In this document: one piece after another, positions 1 through 18,229 of the stretch | How positions within the stretch are numbered: the first letter of the stretch is position 1 | Layout of the letters: every line of letters begins with the position of its first letter | Assembly: GCF_009914755.1 (NCBI RefSeq) | Contig: NC_060933.1 | From: the human T2T-CHM13v2.0 reference genome, Homo sapiens | Strand: one strand, 5' to 3' | DNA length: 64,000 nucleotides | Notes under the pieces: generated by a model | The model's database searches: none | What the model was told of the DNA's origin: nothing | The model's input: the letters and a program-made list of their open reading frames with translations, nothing else | Program-made: the position numbers and the translations under genes

Positions 1-525
1 GGTGAAGTTTTCATTCATGTGCAATGAACCAAGTAAAATAAGGTCATTCTCATGAGGTTGCTTTGTTTTTTTTTCCCCGAGTTTTTAATAATGATATTTA
101 AGACTATCATTTATTGTAATATTAAGTCTTTTCTCCTTTCAGTGTTAAAATGTTATTTCTTTTATGAAGTAATCTGGTGACAGTATATAGCATACTGGTT
201 GGTTTCTGTTTCTTTTTAATATGCCTACTAACAAAATTTTTACATTAGCAAACCTATAGAAATTACTTTAATATTTAACCATGTCTGAAATTCAAAATTC
301 TGGCACCATTCTGAAAGGCAGTTGTGATTCTCACTCAGCAAAATTCTTATCAGTATAGAAGAGTGGAGATTTCAAAAAGAAAATGGCCCCAAGCCCAAGT
401 CCTCCCTAAGTTGATAAGACTCTAAGATCTTCCAAATAGTTTTAGGCTAAGTCTTATGAAAATTTGACTAAAGATTTCATTCCCTTTATCTCTATCAAGG
501 AAATACTCCTTAAAAGTCGTGTCAA

Positions 526-650
526 CCAGGCACGGTGCTCACACCTGTAATCCCAGCACTTTGTGGGGGCAAGGCAGAGGATCAGTTGAAGCCAGGAGTT
601 GAGACCACTCTGAGCAACATAGCAAAACCTCCATCTCTATTTTTATTTTT
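526..650 (+). mobile_element. Alu left monomer (FLAM/AluJ-like)
   Basis: ccaggcacggtgctcacacctgtaatcccagcactttg...gagaccactctgagcaacatagcaaaacctccatctct; no right arm follows. Confidence 0.85.
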
Positions 651-1349
651 TTTAAAGTTAGTGCCAAGTATGTGGTTGCAATGAATTAGCAAAGCCTCTA
701 AAGGAACACTGTGTGCCATTTAATCAGAAACAGGCTTATAGGACACTGTGCTTTTTGTGAGACACCACATGTGACTTCCTGCTCTTTCACCTTTGGAACT
801 CTGGGTCAGACATAGACTTTTGTCCTTAAAAACAGGAAGCTTAAATAGTGACCTCATCTTAGTTCTTGTAATGTAGTTGCAGATCAAATAACCATGATTC
901 ATAAACCAACACAAAGGAACCCTTTGCTTCTTGACTGACTCCAGAATGAGTGAACAACATGACTAAGAGCCTAGTCGCAGAGCCTTTCTCCAGACTACCT
1001 TGCTGGGTCCCGGATATTAATAGTCTTGGAAAGCGGTTTCTACAGCTGCTGCTTTGCCTGCAAATAGCAATGCTTTTCCCAAACTTGCACATAACACTGC
1101 CTTCTCTTAACGAGAACCTCCAAAATAAACAATAGTCACCCTTGACCTACTAAACAGTCATCACATAGAGATGAGTTTTTATCCTCACCTTCTTGCTTCT
1201 TCAGTGAACAAGTAGTAACAAGCAGCTCCTGCATGTGCCTCGATCTGAGCTGGCATACCATTGCTGCCGAGACTGTATAAAGTGCAAATTGAAAAACACA
1301 GGAGACTCACATCTATATCAGTGAACACATTTTCTTTCCTTTCTTACAG

Positions 1350-1502
1350 GGTTTTGGAAATTTGCCCATCTGCATGGCAAAGACCGATCTTTCTCTGTCT
1401 CACCAACCTGACAAAAAAGGTGTGCCAAGTGACTTCATCTTACCTATCAGTGATGTCCGGGCCAGCATAGGTGCTGGGTTCATTTACCCTTTGGTCGGAA
1501 CG
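1350..1502 (+). pseudogene. MTHFD1L: MTHFD1L duplicated (unprocessed) pseudogene exon, C-terminal formyltetrahydrofolate synthetase region
   Basis: Polypyrimidine tract plus AG at 1348-1349, GTGAGT donor at 1503. The 153 nt translate to [51 protein letters not shown], matching the MTHFD1L C-terminus as I recall it, apart from H>D and R>S. No further MTHFD1L exon is seen and the surroundings are satellite mosaic, so this is a duplicon copy. Confidence 0.9.
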
Positions 1503-2779
1503 GTGAGTGAGTCACATTTTCCAAAAACCCTCCCCATTCTGCATTGTCGCAGTGCCTCAAATCGTTATGCTCCACCCGCTCTTTAAAAATCATGGATTAG
1601 GGAGAATTGGGAGTAATTAATAGTACAGTATTCGCTATTTTTCTAAACACTCTGTCTCACCTACCTTTGCCATTGTGGTTTGGGTTTTTCTTTTTTTAGA
1701 TCATGTGTTCAGGATCCTTAGAGTCATAATACTAATTTCCTTCCTAAGGCAAGTAAGAACATAACTTGGGAGAATTCAGTCTATTTAAATGGTAGAATGG
1801 CTTAGGACAGTGGTTGTCAACCTTTATCACACATAGCACCCAAAATGATGTAATCAGTAGGGTTGAATGCTCACACCAGACAGGATCTGCCCAGTCACCC
1901 TAAGGGCTGGGGAAAGCAGTCCTCACCCTCTCACTTCCCCAGCACATCAGGTGGGAAGTTCTGGCTTAGGAAATTACTGAATCATATGAATTCTCATTTT
2001 TGATGTTGTTGTGATGGGATTACGTTGCTATTGGTTGATTATTCTGTTATTTTGTGTTATCTATGGAGGTAAAGGAGAGGAGAAGAGATATAAAAGCTTA
2101 TCAAAGTGCTTAAAATCCATGAAGATTGGCTTCATTTGGTATAGCTACAGAGTGATAGCCTTCCGTTGGTACCATCAGTGGCCTAAATTTGATTTCTTGT
2201 CTTTGGGAGTGCTCCTGAATTTGGTTTAGAATAAAAAAGAATTCTTAAAACCTGGCAGATCCCATGGCAAGAAAAGAAAAAAAATTCTAACCCATCATTA
2301 TCATCATCATTAGTGCAAAGTGATCTGAGCTTAAACAGCATACATTATAATAATTTTTTATAATAAACCATGTGGCTCTATTGTGCAAACAAGCAATAGA
2401 CAGACAAAAAGTGCAGATTCTTGCCTTGATATTTACATACTTCATCTAATATTGGACACAATGTTTTTTCAATCAGCATCATTTGAATTCTTCCTGCATG
2501 TGAGGCACAGAGATTTTAAGATGAGCAGGTGTGAGATGCATGGATTTGAATAGCATAGAGGTATCTGGAGAGCATTGTGTTGGTATTCTGAATGCCCTCA
2601 GATCCCAGGGGGATAACAGCTCATTATGCCTGGGGTAGAACTTACCTGGGCTGTGGAAGAAGAGGGGATTCTTCAAAAAGGGCTCAACCTCTGAACTGGC
2701 AAAACAGTGAGTTTTGACTCAAAGGCACCAGAGTACTAATACATGACATCCTCTCCTGGGGTGATCCAATGTGGCTGGA

Positions 2780-3520
2780 GTTGGATGAGGTGGGGAGGCT
2801 GGGGATGGGAATGGGAATGGGATTGGGATAGCAGGACGGGGTCACATGGCCAAGGATCTTGAAGACCATCTCACGGAACTTGAATCTGATCTCTACACAC
2901 TGAGGAGCCACGGTAGGGTGGGTTTTTTGTTTGTTTCTTGGTTTTTTTTTTTTGATTTTTTGTTTTTAAAGAAGGAGGAGAAGAATGTGGTCTGATGTGT
3001 ATTTTAGAAAAATAGCTCTGGCAGCAATGTGGAGAATGTTTAGTGAAAAGAGAACCAGGCCCAGAGAGGTGGGTTAATTCAGCTGGGGCCAGAGGAAATC
3101 AAGGTCCGCACTTTGGCCACAGAAGTAGATACAGAGAGTGGGGGTGAATTGCAGACATACTCTAAAAGTATCCTCCTACAGTAGGGGCCGGGTGAAGGGA
3201 CTGTTCTAGCTTGGTGACTGGCTGGTGATGCCATCACCGTGTCATGGAAAGGACACGGGAGGAGGCAGATTGGCCAAGCCAGAAATGAGCCTGGCTTGAA
3301 GAGAGAGAGCTCAGAGGGTTAATAGGATCTAAGGAACAGTCTGTGTCTCCACTGGAAATACAGATACAGCTCTCCAAAGAAAGGGGCAGGAAGGTCGCCC
3401 TGGTGGGTTTAAGGATATGGGTGAAGGCACTCATTAAACAAGAGACACAGGGATAGCTGGAAATCAGTGAGAAGAGAGTAAAGGAAGACACCCCTGAAAC
3501 ACCCACTTTAATGCAGCCGA
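2780..3520 (-). mobile_element. L2 LINE fragment (degraded)
   Basis: L2-like purine-rich motifs, e.g. tggtctgatgtgtattttagaaaaatagctctggcagcaatgtggagaatg; boundaries approximate. Confidence 0.55.
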
Positions 3521-3639
3521 CTCCTGGCAGGGGTGCCTTCCAGAAGGCAGGAAGGAAGGAGCAGGGGCATGGCAGAGAACGTCCAGAAAAATCCCACAGA
3601 CACCGCTCACAGCAATGTTGACACAGAGAGAAGGGTCCA

Positions 3640-3968
3640 GATGAAATGGGTTCTGAATGACATTTTCAGGTCTACAGTTCAGATCAGCAGTTGCCAGGAG
3701 CTGGGGGAGGGAAGTGTTTGACTGCAGAGGGGCAGGAGGGAACTTTTTGGGATAATGGAAATATCCTATGTTTTGACATGGTAGTGATTCCATGGCTATA
3801 TACATTCTTCCAGACTCATAGACCTATACACGTGTGTTGCCCAGGCTGGACTCAAACTCCTGATCTCAAGCAATCCTCCCACCTCAGCTTCCCAAGTTGC
3901 TGTGACTATAGGTTCGTGCCACTGTGCTGGGCCTGTGTATCATTTAGTTATACCTCAGTTAACAAAAA
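3640..3968 (+). mobile_element. Old L1M 3' UTR fragment interrupted by an antisense Alu monomer (3833-3933)
   Basis: agatcagcagttgccaggagctgggg...gagggaactttttgggataatggaaatatcctatgttttgac is L1M 3'-end-like; ttgcccaggctggactcaaactcctgatctcaagcaatcc is an antisense Alu. Confidence 0.65.
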
Positions 3969-4015
3969 TGGGTAGTGAAGAGCTTGCTGTATATTCCTTA
4001 GAATGGCCTCAGTCA

Positions 4016-4319
<304 letters not shown>

Positions 4320-4777
4320 AGAATGGCCTCAGTGATGGCCACTTTACTCCTGAGCTTTAGTTGGCAAAGGCCTTGGCTTAGGGATAAGAGGGTGGCTGGA
4401 CAGTGCAGGCCCAGAGAGACTGGACCATCAGGGGAAGTGAGGGGTGATGGAGGTGCCCAAACAGAGCATGAAATGGTAGAGTAGATGAGAAGGTTAGCCT
4501 CGATCACGATCTGTCCTGTCCTACCCTCTGCGGACTCTAAACCCCGCAGCAGTTCACCCAACAAATTCATTCACTCGGCCAATGCTGCATAAGGCACTCA
4601 GCTCGGGGCTACAGGAAGCCCCAACCTAAAGAAACTTTCTCTGCTTCAGGTAGTTTACAGCTGGTAGACGCAGATAGAAGTGAATTAGCAAAGAAAATAG
4701 TTTGATATAAAAATTGTGCATTTAACTGCAACCTTAATTCACTTCTGAGCATTTAATAGCCATTAAACAAAAACCAG

Positions 4778-5082
4778 GGCCCACACAGTGGTTCACACTT
4801 ACAATCCAAGCACTTTTGGAAGCCAAGGTAGAAGGATTGCTTCAGGCCAGGAGTTCAAGACCAGCCTGGGCAACATAGCCAGACTGTGTCTCTACTTAAA
4901 CCAAAATTAGCCAGGAGTCATGGTACACACCTGGAGTCCCAGCTACTCAGGAGGCTGAAATGGGAGGATTACTTGAGCCCAGGAGTTTGAGGCTACACTG
5001 GCCTATGATCATATCATTGCACTCCAGCCTGGGAGATAGAGTGAGACCTCTGTCTCTAAAAAAATGGAATAAAATAATAAAA
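4778..5082 (+). mobile_element. AluJ
   Basis: Two arms with AluJ-type aggattgcttcaggccaggagttcaag and gggaggattacttgagcccaggag; A-rich tail. Confidence 0.9.
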
Positions 5083-7519
5083 AACACAATATAATTTAAA
5101 ATCTTTGGAGTCACTAAACAAATATACAATGTGAATCTCCTCCCACTCCAGCTAACACTACCATATCCAACACCAGGTAAAGACCAAAGCCGTTCTGGGA
5201 AATCAGAATCTGTTGCCATGGCTCATGCCTGGACACCAGGCTGTCCGCTCCTGATGTCACTCTTTGACTTATGACTTGTTAGAAAATGAATGCGTGGAAT
5301 GGCCCTGGAGGAGCCGCTGCAGCTCTCTGGGTTTCCTGAAGTGAGCCCTCTGTGTCATTATCTGGTCTTCTCAGCCCTCAGCCGAGTTCCTCCTGTGGCC
5401 ACATGTGGGGTCGCAGTGAGCATCAGTGCACAGTGATAAAATCTGGAACAATAGGGTGTGGGGTGTGAGGAAAGGGAGTGGTGCCTGACTACAGAAGTTC
5501 CTGGAGGTCAGGAAACTCTCACTGGAGGCAGTGGCCCTAGAGGGCTGCTTTCTGTGACAGAGCAGGAAGCTGCATGTGTACTGGGACACATGCAGCAGAG
5601 GGGCCAGGATCTCCTAATAAGGACTGGTATTTACTTTTACTTGAACCCATTCTGGGCCTTACCACAGTGTGCTGAAATGCCTTGAACATTCATCACCCAT
5701 GTGGGAGAAAGGATAGTAATTTCCTGCTGAGATGACTGAGGGGACAGGGAATGGGGACACCAGGGGGACTGGCTCCTGCAGGTGGGAAAATTCTAGCAAA
5801 ACGAATCACTCTTCTGCTTAGTCACCCAATGTGCGCTTATTAGAGTGCTGCTGAAAAACATATTCGTCTATCCACTCCAGAAAGATAGTCCAAACTGAGA
5901 CCTCAAGATCAGAAAGGCTCCCAATCTCCTGCAGGGTTCATTCATTTACTCAGTGAATTATTAAATGCCTACAGCACGCAGGGCCATCAGCCCAACGGCT
6001 ATGAGAAAGAGATTCAGTCCTTTCCTCACAGGCCTTATGATAGACTCCAGTAAATAAAACAATACAGGCACAGAATGTGGCAGGCTTTATAAGAAAGCCT
6101 CTCTTGTTGTGTCCTCAAGGGAAGCAGAGAATCTCCCCTCTGGCTCTAGTTGGAGAATCCCAACCCAAGCAAGTCCATCTTTGAACAATAAACATCTCCA
6201 GTACTGCTGGCTTTGGAAGACCCCATGGTGAGATGCTGGAGCTTTTTTCCGCTCCTGATTTCACTTTCTAAATATTTACTTTTACTTTCCATGTTCACTT
6301 GTAGGCCAGATTTTTTTTTTCCTACCATTGAATTATTTCATCATGTTCTATTTAATTATTGTTTTAATTGGCATTGGTGACCACAAATAATAATAAATAC
6401 TATTAACTGATGTAACAGCTTCACTAGTCTATTTAACTTCCCCATGCTGTTGTAACTGAAGCACCCAGCACAAGCATTCCCAGCTCGTGGATGTCTAAGA
6501 CCTTTGAGGTCATTCTTACATGCATTGCTAGTGTTTTCCATATTCCTTGATGGTAACCAATTTTTCCTTCCTAAAATAACTTTCTTCATTCCTAGTAAGC
6601 TTCATGTGTATTTTGTGTATTCTTCCCTCTTTTTTATGACATTATACATATTATTGAAAGCTAGAAAATAATACAAGATGCTTGACTGACATAATACCAC
6701 TTAGTACCTCTTTTTGTAAGAAATAGATTTTCTAATACAAATCTTTGATATAGGAAGAAATGAGCAAGTGTTTTTTAAGGTTTTCCAACCCTATATTCTA
6801 CTACAAATTACCCTGTTATGGTATGCTTCCAAAATTCTTTCAAGGATTACAGTTTATAGTGTTCAATAAACCTAATAGTTTATAAAACTTCTCAAAAAAT
6901 AATCTCATGCCAAAAATAATTTAGTAGTAGGTGGTCTTTGTCTTGTGGTCACATTGTTTTGATATTGTCTTTAAGTTTCTGTAATTTACAAGGGCTGTTT
7001 AATCAGTTGGCATGAATTTCATGACAAAAATGCTAATATGTAAGCAAAGTATATGAAATGATATTTTTGAGAAGTAAATTACATTCCATATAGAAAAAGA
7101 CTAGAAAGACTACACCAAAACCTTAAATTAGACAGTGATATTATGAGTAGCTTTTTTTCTTCTCTTTTTTGTATAGATCAAATTACTACGTTGGGTGTAT
7201 ATCACTTTTATAACATGAAAATACAGTAAATAGGGCGATGATAAACTGCAAGTGCTTGGGGAGAAGGCTTAACTCAGGCCAGTTGCAAGAGAGTGAGAAC
7301 ACACACGCAGCCTGTGGGAGCGGGCTCCGTGCCATCACCTGGCCGGTCCTGGCTGTGTTGCTGTGTTTTTGCACCTCAAAAGTTGGGACAGCAAGGAAAG
7401 GCCATAAGAGCTAGAATGTTTCTATAAGAAGTGTATTCAGTATGATTTGTCTAGCTCTGACTAATGTGTGCAAACCCCAGATTCCACTAAGCAAATGCAA
7501 GATTGTTTTTCCCTGTTAA

Positions 7520-7873
<354 letters not shown>

Positions 7874-8150
7874 TCTCTCACAGTGTTTTTTAAAGCAACA
7901 ATGCATTTTCACAACAGTTGGCCTGGAGAGGTGTCCAACCAAGTTGGAATTCATAGCAGATATCCATTTGAAGTTAATTTTTGGTGTATTTGACTGTTTT
8001 CCATTGACTTCACATTGAGGCAGTGAGAGAGACTTGAAGAACTTAGAATATGAACCCTTTTCTCACTGGCAAACATGGGACATAGAGGCATGTCTTGACA
8101 GCAATTTATGGCAACACTCTGGGCTGGAATCTAGGGGTTAGGCAGCCTGG

Positions 8151-8350
8151 CCGGTTTTGTAAATTAGCCAGGCCACCCTCAGAGTCAGTTTGAGGGTTTA
8201 GTGGGAATCCTGAATAAAAAGAGAAGTTAAACTTTTAAGAAAAGCGTCAAGCTTTAAAACTGGAATTGGCTTTTCAAATTTAATGAGTAAAAAGAAACCC
8301 CAAAACTGGAATTGTAATTGTGGAGAAGTACAAATTATAATATTTGGAAT
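8151..8350 (+). repeat. Copy 1 of a ~200-bp dispersed direct duplication (copy 2 at 11075-11303)
   Basis: Both copies share ccggttttgtaaattag, ggccaccctcagagtcagtttgagggttt and tcaagctttaaaactggaattggcttttcaaatttaatgag..aaaagaaaccccaaaactggaattgtaattgtggagaa. Confidence 0.9.
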
Positions 8351-8572
8351 ATCATCTACAAGGAACGAAACTATCCAGAAGCATTTAGATGGTAGTCATT
8401 GATTGTAGGGCATCTCTGGGGGCAGGGTGGCTCCTGGCACTGTAGAGAAAGACCATCGGTGCTTCCGTCTCCCAGTTGGAGGAAAGGGATACACTGTGGA
8501 GGTCCCAGCAGCTTAGGGCCTGCCCCCATGTGGTTATGTCTGCATGGTTTCCTTCCCTCTGTCTTCCTGTAA

Positions 8573-8936
<364 letters not shown>

Positions 8937-11074
8937 AAGTACATGCTTTTTTTCCTCTTGTTGGGATTGGCCTGGGCTATACCTATCTCATGGTGGAAGC
9001 CTGCCTAGGGACCAGGCCCTAGAAGACCAGCAGTTTATTTAACTGGGTTGGCCTTTGTCCCCACTCCCTGTGACCCGGCCCTGCCATATCTTTACCCAGG
9101 TGCACCACTGACATCATGGCTCGGCTGGACTCTGGAAAGCAGGAAATTGCTGGAGCATGTTTGGGCATCAGTGATGTCACCCGCTACGAATGCCGGGTGG
9201 GGTTACTGGACTGAGGGCCATGAAAAAAGAAAGCTGCGGCCCTGCCCCATGGACTCACTGCCATTCTGTTCTTTCTCACATTTCAGTTCAGCTCACTTTG
9301 TTTTCCGTCCCCCTCCCTCTACTGTAAAAGTATGTACTCAGTGTTTCATTTCCTGCCGGATCTGATTCAGGTCAGTGATGAAGTTCTTTGCGAGCTCAGT
9401 GGGGAGGCGTTTCCTCCCTTTCATACCGGCCCTGCTTAGGGATGCATGGTTGGTTATATACTTGCTTCACTCGGTTAGGCATGGAGGAGAATTCATTCAG
9501 ACCTCATAGGTTTAAATCAAATGCATGACCCTTCACATTTTCCAGAGATTTAGACAGTTACAGTGAGACAATTAAACATTCACCCCACAAGCTGCACTTG
9601 GAGATGTGTAAGCAGTAATGTAGTCATGCGCTCCCCATGATATGAGAGTGTGCAGAATGCCACTCCCCACAGCAGGTCCACCAGGACCTCCTCAGGGAGC
9701 ATCTTGCCTACAAAATCACCCATCCCTTTTCCCCCACTTTCTTCACTTTCCCTACGTTTCCACTCCCACACCCACAAATAAACAAAGAAACTTTGAGCTT
9801 ATTTTACAAAAGTCTTTGAAATGGCCTTCCTCTCTCCGATGCTCCTGGGCCCTGGTTTGGCCCCATCTGTGCAGTCTCTCTGATGAGTGTGAAATAAGCC
9901 AGGTTTGGCTCATGCTCTCCCTGTGAGCTTGCTCTCCCCGTGAGCCTGCCCTCTCCATCTGGCCTCACTTTGTTTGTGTCCCTGGGTCCTTTGTCTCTGA
10001 TCCTGGGATCCTGGTGGTTTCCTCCTCCCCGCCCAGCTTGGGTCCTTTTCCCCAGGGTTCTTCCCTATCTCTACATCAGAATTTCCTGCTTTCTCCCAAA
10101 TATGCATTTCCCTGGCCCAGGCATCCATTGCTTCCTCTCATCGTGAGGTCCCTGCAGCAGACTGCCAATGGTGTTGTGGCCATGCCTTCCTCCACAACCC
10201 AGGGAAAGCTACATGTGTGTCTGTCCCATAGGGAAGGAGTCATCCCTGTCTCTTCAGTGTGGCATGTTCAGGAGGAAGGAAAGTAACCAGCGTCATTCTC
10301 AATTTCTGGAAACTGTTTATCATATTGACAAGAGGAAGAAAGCTTTGCGACTCATGAGAATGATGTTTTCCTCTCTGGTACATAAGGTTATGTAGGTCCA
10401 ATCCATTGTGTAGAAGATCTTTTCTCCCTTAATGGGATGTACACTTATTTTTAGCACAAGTATAAAACTACTTTAAATGAAATCAGCCTCAGCCAGGGAA
10501 ATATGCTGAGTAATAATGTTGCCAGGTACTATACCACTGAGTTGAGTTTGCAATTCACTGCTATTAATCCCTGCATGTTAGTTCTGAATTTTTACTCTTT
10601 GCATACGTAGAAAAATGGTGTTTCTCTTCAGAGTCAAGGAGGGAAAAAAGAAAAGTTAAAAGACGCTTATAACACTTTTGTGTCCACCCCTAAAATCAGC
10701 ATATTGATCTACTATTTTTCTAGGTATTGATGGAATATTGACTCATATACTTTCATACAACTGCTAATATATATATATATATATAGACTCATTTTTCTTC
10801 TTCCACTTTCATCTACAGCCTACTTGTTTTTCTCCCCCCATTTTTCGTTTGGATTCATAGCATAAATTGACAACAAAGATACATCTCAATTTAGAGCTTC
10901 CAAAAGGCACCCATAAAAGTATCTGGTGCTCATGGAATTTCTCTTTCTTCTGTGTCTCTTAGTTACACTTTTCTCTTATTACACTTTTCTATCCAGCCGT
11001 GGCTAAGAGGCATATAATCAGAAGCAGCTAAGCAATGTATGCAAGGGAAATAAAATGAACACAAACCAAAATAA

Positions 11075-11303
11075 CCGGTTTTGTAAATTAGATAGCAAGG
11101 CCACCCTCAGAGTCAGTTTGAGGGTTTCGTGGGAAGCCTAAGAAATATAACTGATATAACTGATATATTATCAGTTATAAAAAAAGTTATAAGAAAAGGG
11201 TCAAGCTTTAAAACTGGAATTGGCTTTTCAAATTTAATGAGCAAAAAGAAACCCCAAAACTGGAATTGTAATTGTGGAGAAATAGAACTGATAATATCTG
11301 GAA
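11075..11303 (+). repeat. Copy 2 of the ~200-bp dispersed duplication
   Basis: Colinear with 8151-8350 except for an AT-rich insert at ~11141-11185. Confidence 0.9.
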
Positions 11304-11371
11304 CTTGCAGCAGTTTACAGGCTTAACTATGTATGTGTTCCTTAAATTATCCACCCGCAGATATCAGATTA

Positions 11372-11572
11372 CAATAAGTCCTCACTTAATGTCATTGATA
11401 GGTTCTTGGAAACTACCACTTTAAGCAAAAGGACATAATGCATATGAAACCAGTTTTCCCATAGTCTAATTGATAGGAAAAAGAGTTGAGTTATGAAGCC
11501 ACACAGTACCTCGTTTGGCTTAAAGTCACTGTTTCCAAGAACATATCCACAATGTTAAGTAAGGACTTACTG
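11372..11572. mobile_element. TcMar-Tigger MITE (MER82/MER6-like)
   Basis: Imperfect ~58-bp terminal inverted repeats (caataagtcctcacttaatgtcattgataggttcttggaaac... / ...gtttccaagaacatatccacaatgttaagtaaggacttactg) flanked by TA on both sides. Confidence 0.8.
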
Positions 11573-12097
11573 TAAATGAAAATATTTGCAGTAAATCGCT
11601 TTTGAGAGAATTGGTTATCACACTCTTCTCTGGGTATCACTGAAAATTCAGAATGTTTAGTTACATCAGGCTATACTCACTGGTATGAAATCAGGGAGCA
11701 AGTATAAAGTAGGTGTAGGGAAATAATTTATGTTGGATTAAATGATCCAATGAAGGAATTTTATTAAGCCCCTAGAAATCCCAGAATGAAAATGTATAAC
11801 TGCATGACTAACCCCTGTAAGAATTTGCTGGGGTTTCTGCATTAAGTACGCTTCCCAGGCCATTTGTAATGAAGCTACCGTGATCTGTTAAGGAAGAGAC
11901 CTACACCTGGGAACATAAACAGCCAATTCCATCCTGGACATCAGTCTCCTGTTTGACTCATTCCAACCCCAAGAATATGTTGTAGAGTGTAGGACCCATG
12001 AAAGTTACCTACAGTGCTTCCCTGTACCTTCCATCATCCAGTTCCCAAACATACCTGTGTTTCTTCTCTGAATGCATAGTTACTTGGGATCCCATGT

Positions 12098-12466
12098 TGT
12101 ATTAGTCTGTTCTCACACTGCTGTAAAGAACTACTTGAGAGTGGATAGTTTATAAAGAAACAAGGTTTAATTGACTCAGTTTTGCAGGCTATACAAGAGG
12201 CATGGCTGGGGAGGCCTCAGGAAACTTACAATCATGGGGAAGGCAAAGGGGAAGCAAGTACATATTCACATGGCGGCAGGAGAGAGAGTGAAGGGGCAGT
12301 GCCACACACTTTTAAACAACCAGATCTCAGAACTCACTAGCACGAGAACAACAAGGGGGAAATTCACCCCCATGATCCAGTCACCTCCCACCAGGCCCCT
12401 CCTCCAACACTGAAGCTCATAATTCATCATGAGATTTGGCTGGGGACACAGCACCAAACCATATCA
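12098..12466 (-). mobile_element. MaLR solo LTR (THE1D/MSTA-like)
   Basis: tgtattagtctgttctcacactgct...gagatttggctggggacacagcaccaaaccatatca; TG...CA ends. Confidence 0.88.
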
Positions 12467-13081
12467 TATGCCTTTCCCAGGACTGGTGTTGGAGGAACAG
12501 TGCCTTTGTCACACCTACCAGAATATACTCACCCACCTCCAGACACTCCATTTCTCTTTCAAGCACACCTCCTCACTTGTGCTGCCAGCTAAGGTTTACT
12601 GCAGTTACTTCCTTTGTGTGTCCTCTTACCTTACCAAGTCGCCTCACCCACCACCTACTGTTAATTAAATTACCACCTCCCCCACTTCCCCACCTCCAGA
12701 GTAGAGACTGTGTCTTCAGTTATCTTGGCCTTCCCACAATGGGAAGTCTGGTGTGGAACATACCCTAGGAGCCAACTAAATGTGGTAGTGGCCTGCCAAC
12801 CCTGCAGAGGGCTAGCAAATCTTCAGGGAGTCTGCTGCCGGTGGAAACTCACCAGTACTAGAATCCCAGGCTCCAAAGAAGTCTAGAAAAGTACGTCTTT
12901 TAAGGAGCTAATAAGAGGCTCAAGTTTCCACAAATACTATCTGCTCTTGGCCTAGTTCTTTTGGGATCAGTGTGCTAGTCTCTCTTGTCAAACTAGTTAC
13001 TGACCAGCAAGACTAAAAAACCAGGCCCAAACACATTCTATTCATGTGCTTAGATATAAACCTATGGATCAAATATCCCAC

Positions 13082-14064
<983 letters not shown>

Positions 14065-14087
14065 AGAGCTGTTATGATATATATTGA

Positions 14088-16538
<2,451 letters not shown>

Positions 16539-18229
16539 ACATCACCAAAAAAATAAAGAGGGCATTATAAAATGCTCATGGAAAAAATATTATTTTAACA
16601 ATTAGTAAAGTAAAATAAAAATTTGTGACTCATAAAGACACACTTCATTTTCATCCTCTATTTTTTTTTTTTTACAAATGGGACTTGAATATTTTAAGAT
16701 AAAATTTAAAAAATCAAGTAATTTTAATCAGAAATTTCAAAAAAATAAAACCCTGAATCCAATTCAAATTTCACTTACTTGGAAATTGTCACTGATATAA
16801 ATTTATTTATATAAATGTGATATAACCAATAAAGATATGCAATAGAGTCATTGTTAATTTGGGTAAAAAATTTTAAAAACAATGCAAACTTGTATTACCT
16901 CCATATGTATGTATGTACACATGTACACATATATGAATATTTATATATTTGCATACACACACCATATATGTACCTGTGTATAAATGAATAACAATGGAAT
17001 ATCAGTTGGCCTCTACTACAACATTTGAAGGCCCATTGCACAATGGCCAGAACAGAGACGACATCAGAATGCAACTTAAAATTTCCAAGATGACTTGAAT
17101 TATATCTGAATTTCTAACAGGACATAGAGAAATTAAAATCTTGTTTGATTATGCTTCTTTGTTTATTACTGGGAGAGCCTCACACGCAAAGCAGATCAGG
17201 ATATTCTCTTACCAAATGTGTTAATTAACAGTCAGTTCATAATGTAAGGGTGACTCAAATAGCAGATTCAATATCAAACAGGAAGGGCTTTTGTAGCCCG
17301 TTCTATTTTCGGTCAACCACAAACCACCCACTCCTGCTGAAATAAAAACTTAAAAGGCAGGTGGAGGAAAATATGTTCTAGACCAAGGGGTAGGTTCCGG
17401 GTCTGCAAAAGACATAGTGTGCCACCCACAAACACACAACTTCAAGGAGCGTGGCTCAATCCTTCAGAAAATTGGTTCTAACTTTCAAATCATTAGGGAT
17501 CTTCTTTATGAAAGATATAGCAAACAAAAACACAAAATATACCCCTCTAAGATTATTAGGAAGTTAAAAAAAAGTGACTTGTAACTTTTAATAAATAACT
17601 AGGGAGGTAAGCTTGTTCATTTCTGAGATTCACAACTTTTATAAAGGTGCTGTATTAATACTTGAATTGTGCTATGTTCAATAGAAGCAGAGACATAAGC
17701 CATACTGAGAGAAGAAAAAAATTTTACAAGAAAATCTAATGCTGTTTAATTTCTTTAAATATTTATTAATTTCTGAATGCTATGTGATTGCTTTTATATT
17801 AATTTTTCAGTAGAGAAATTGAATACAATTGAATACAATTGCTCAGTTGAGAAATTAAATACAATGGATTTTAGTGTGATGACATACTTGATGGGATAAT
17901 TTTAAAATCATGATTTTAATTAGATATAATACTTTTAGGTAGAATAATAAAAATAAAGGAAAACCGATTTTCTTTAAATTCCGTCAATTATTTCTTTCTC
18001 ACAATAATTAATATGTAACTTACCAATGATGTAGTAGATTAATACCAAATTCTCTTACTTTTGGTTTCATCAAAAAATGATGAGCATTTTTCTCTGATTG
18101 ATGATCAGTTACTTTCAGATGGCTTGTAATCTTGTACTTTCAACATTAAAGATTTTTTTTCACATATTGATACCAATCATTTTATGATACATCTGATTTT
18201 ATAATTATGTACATTGCTTTCAAATGAGA

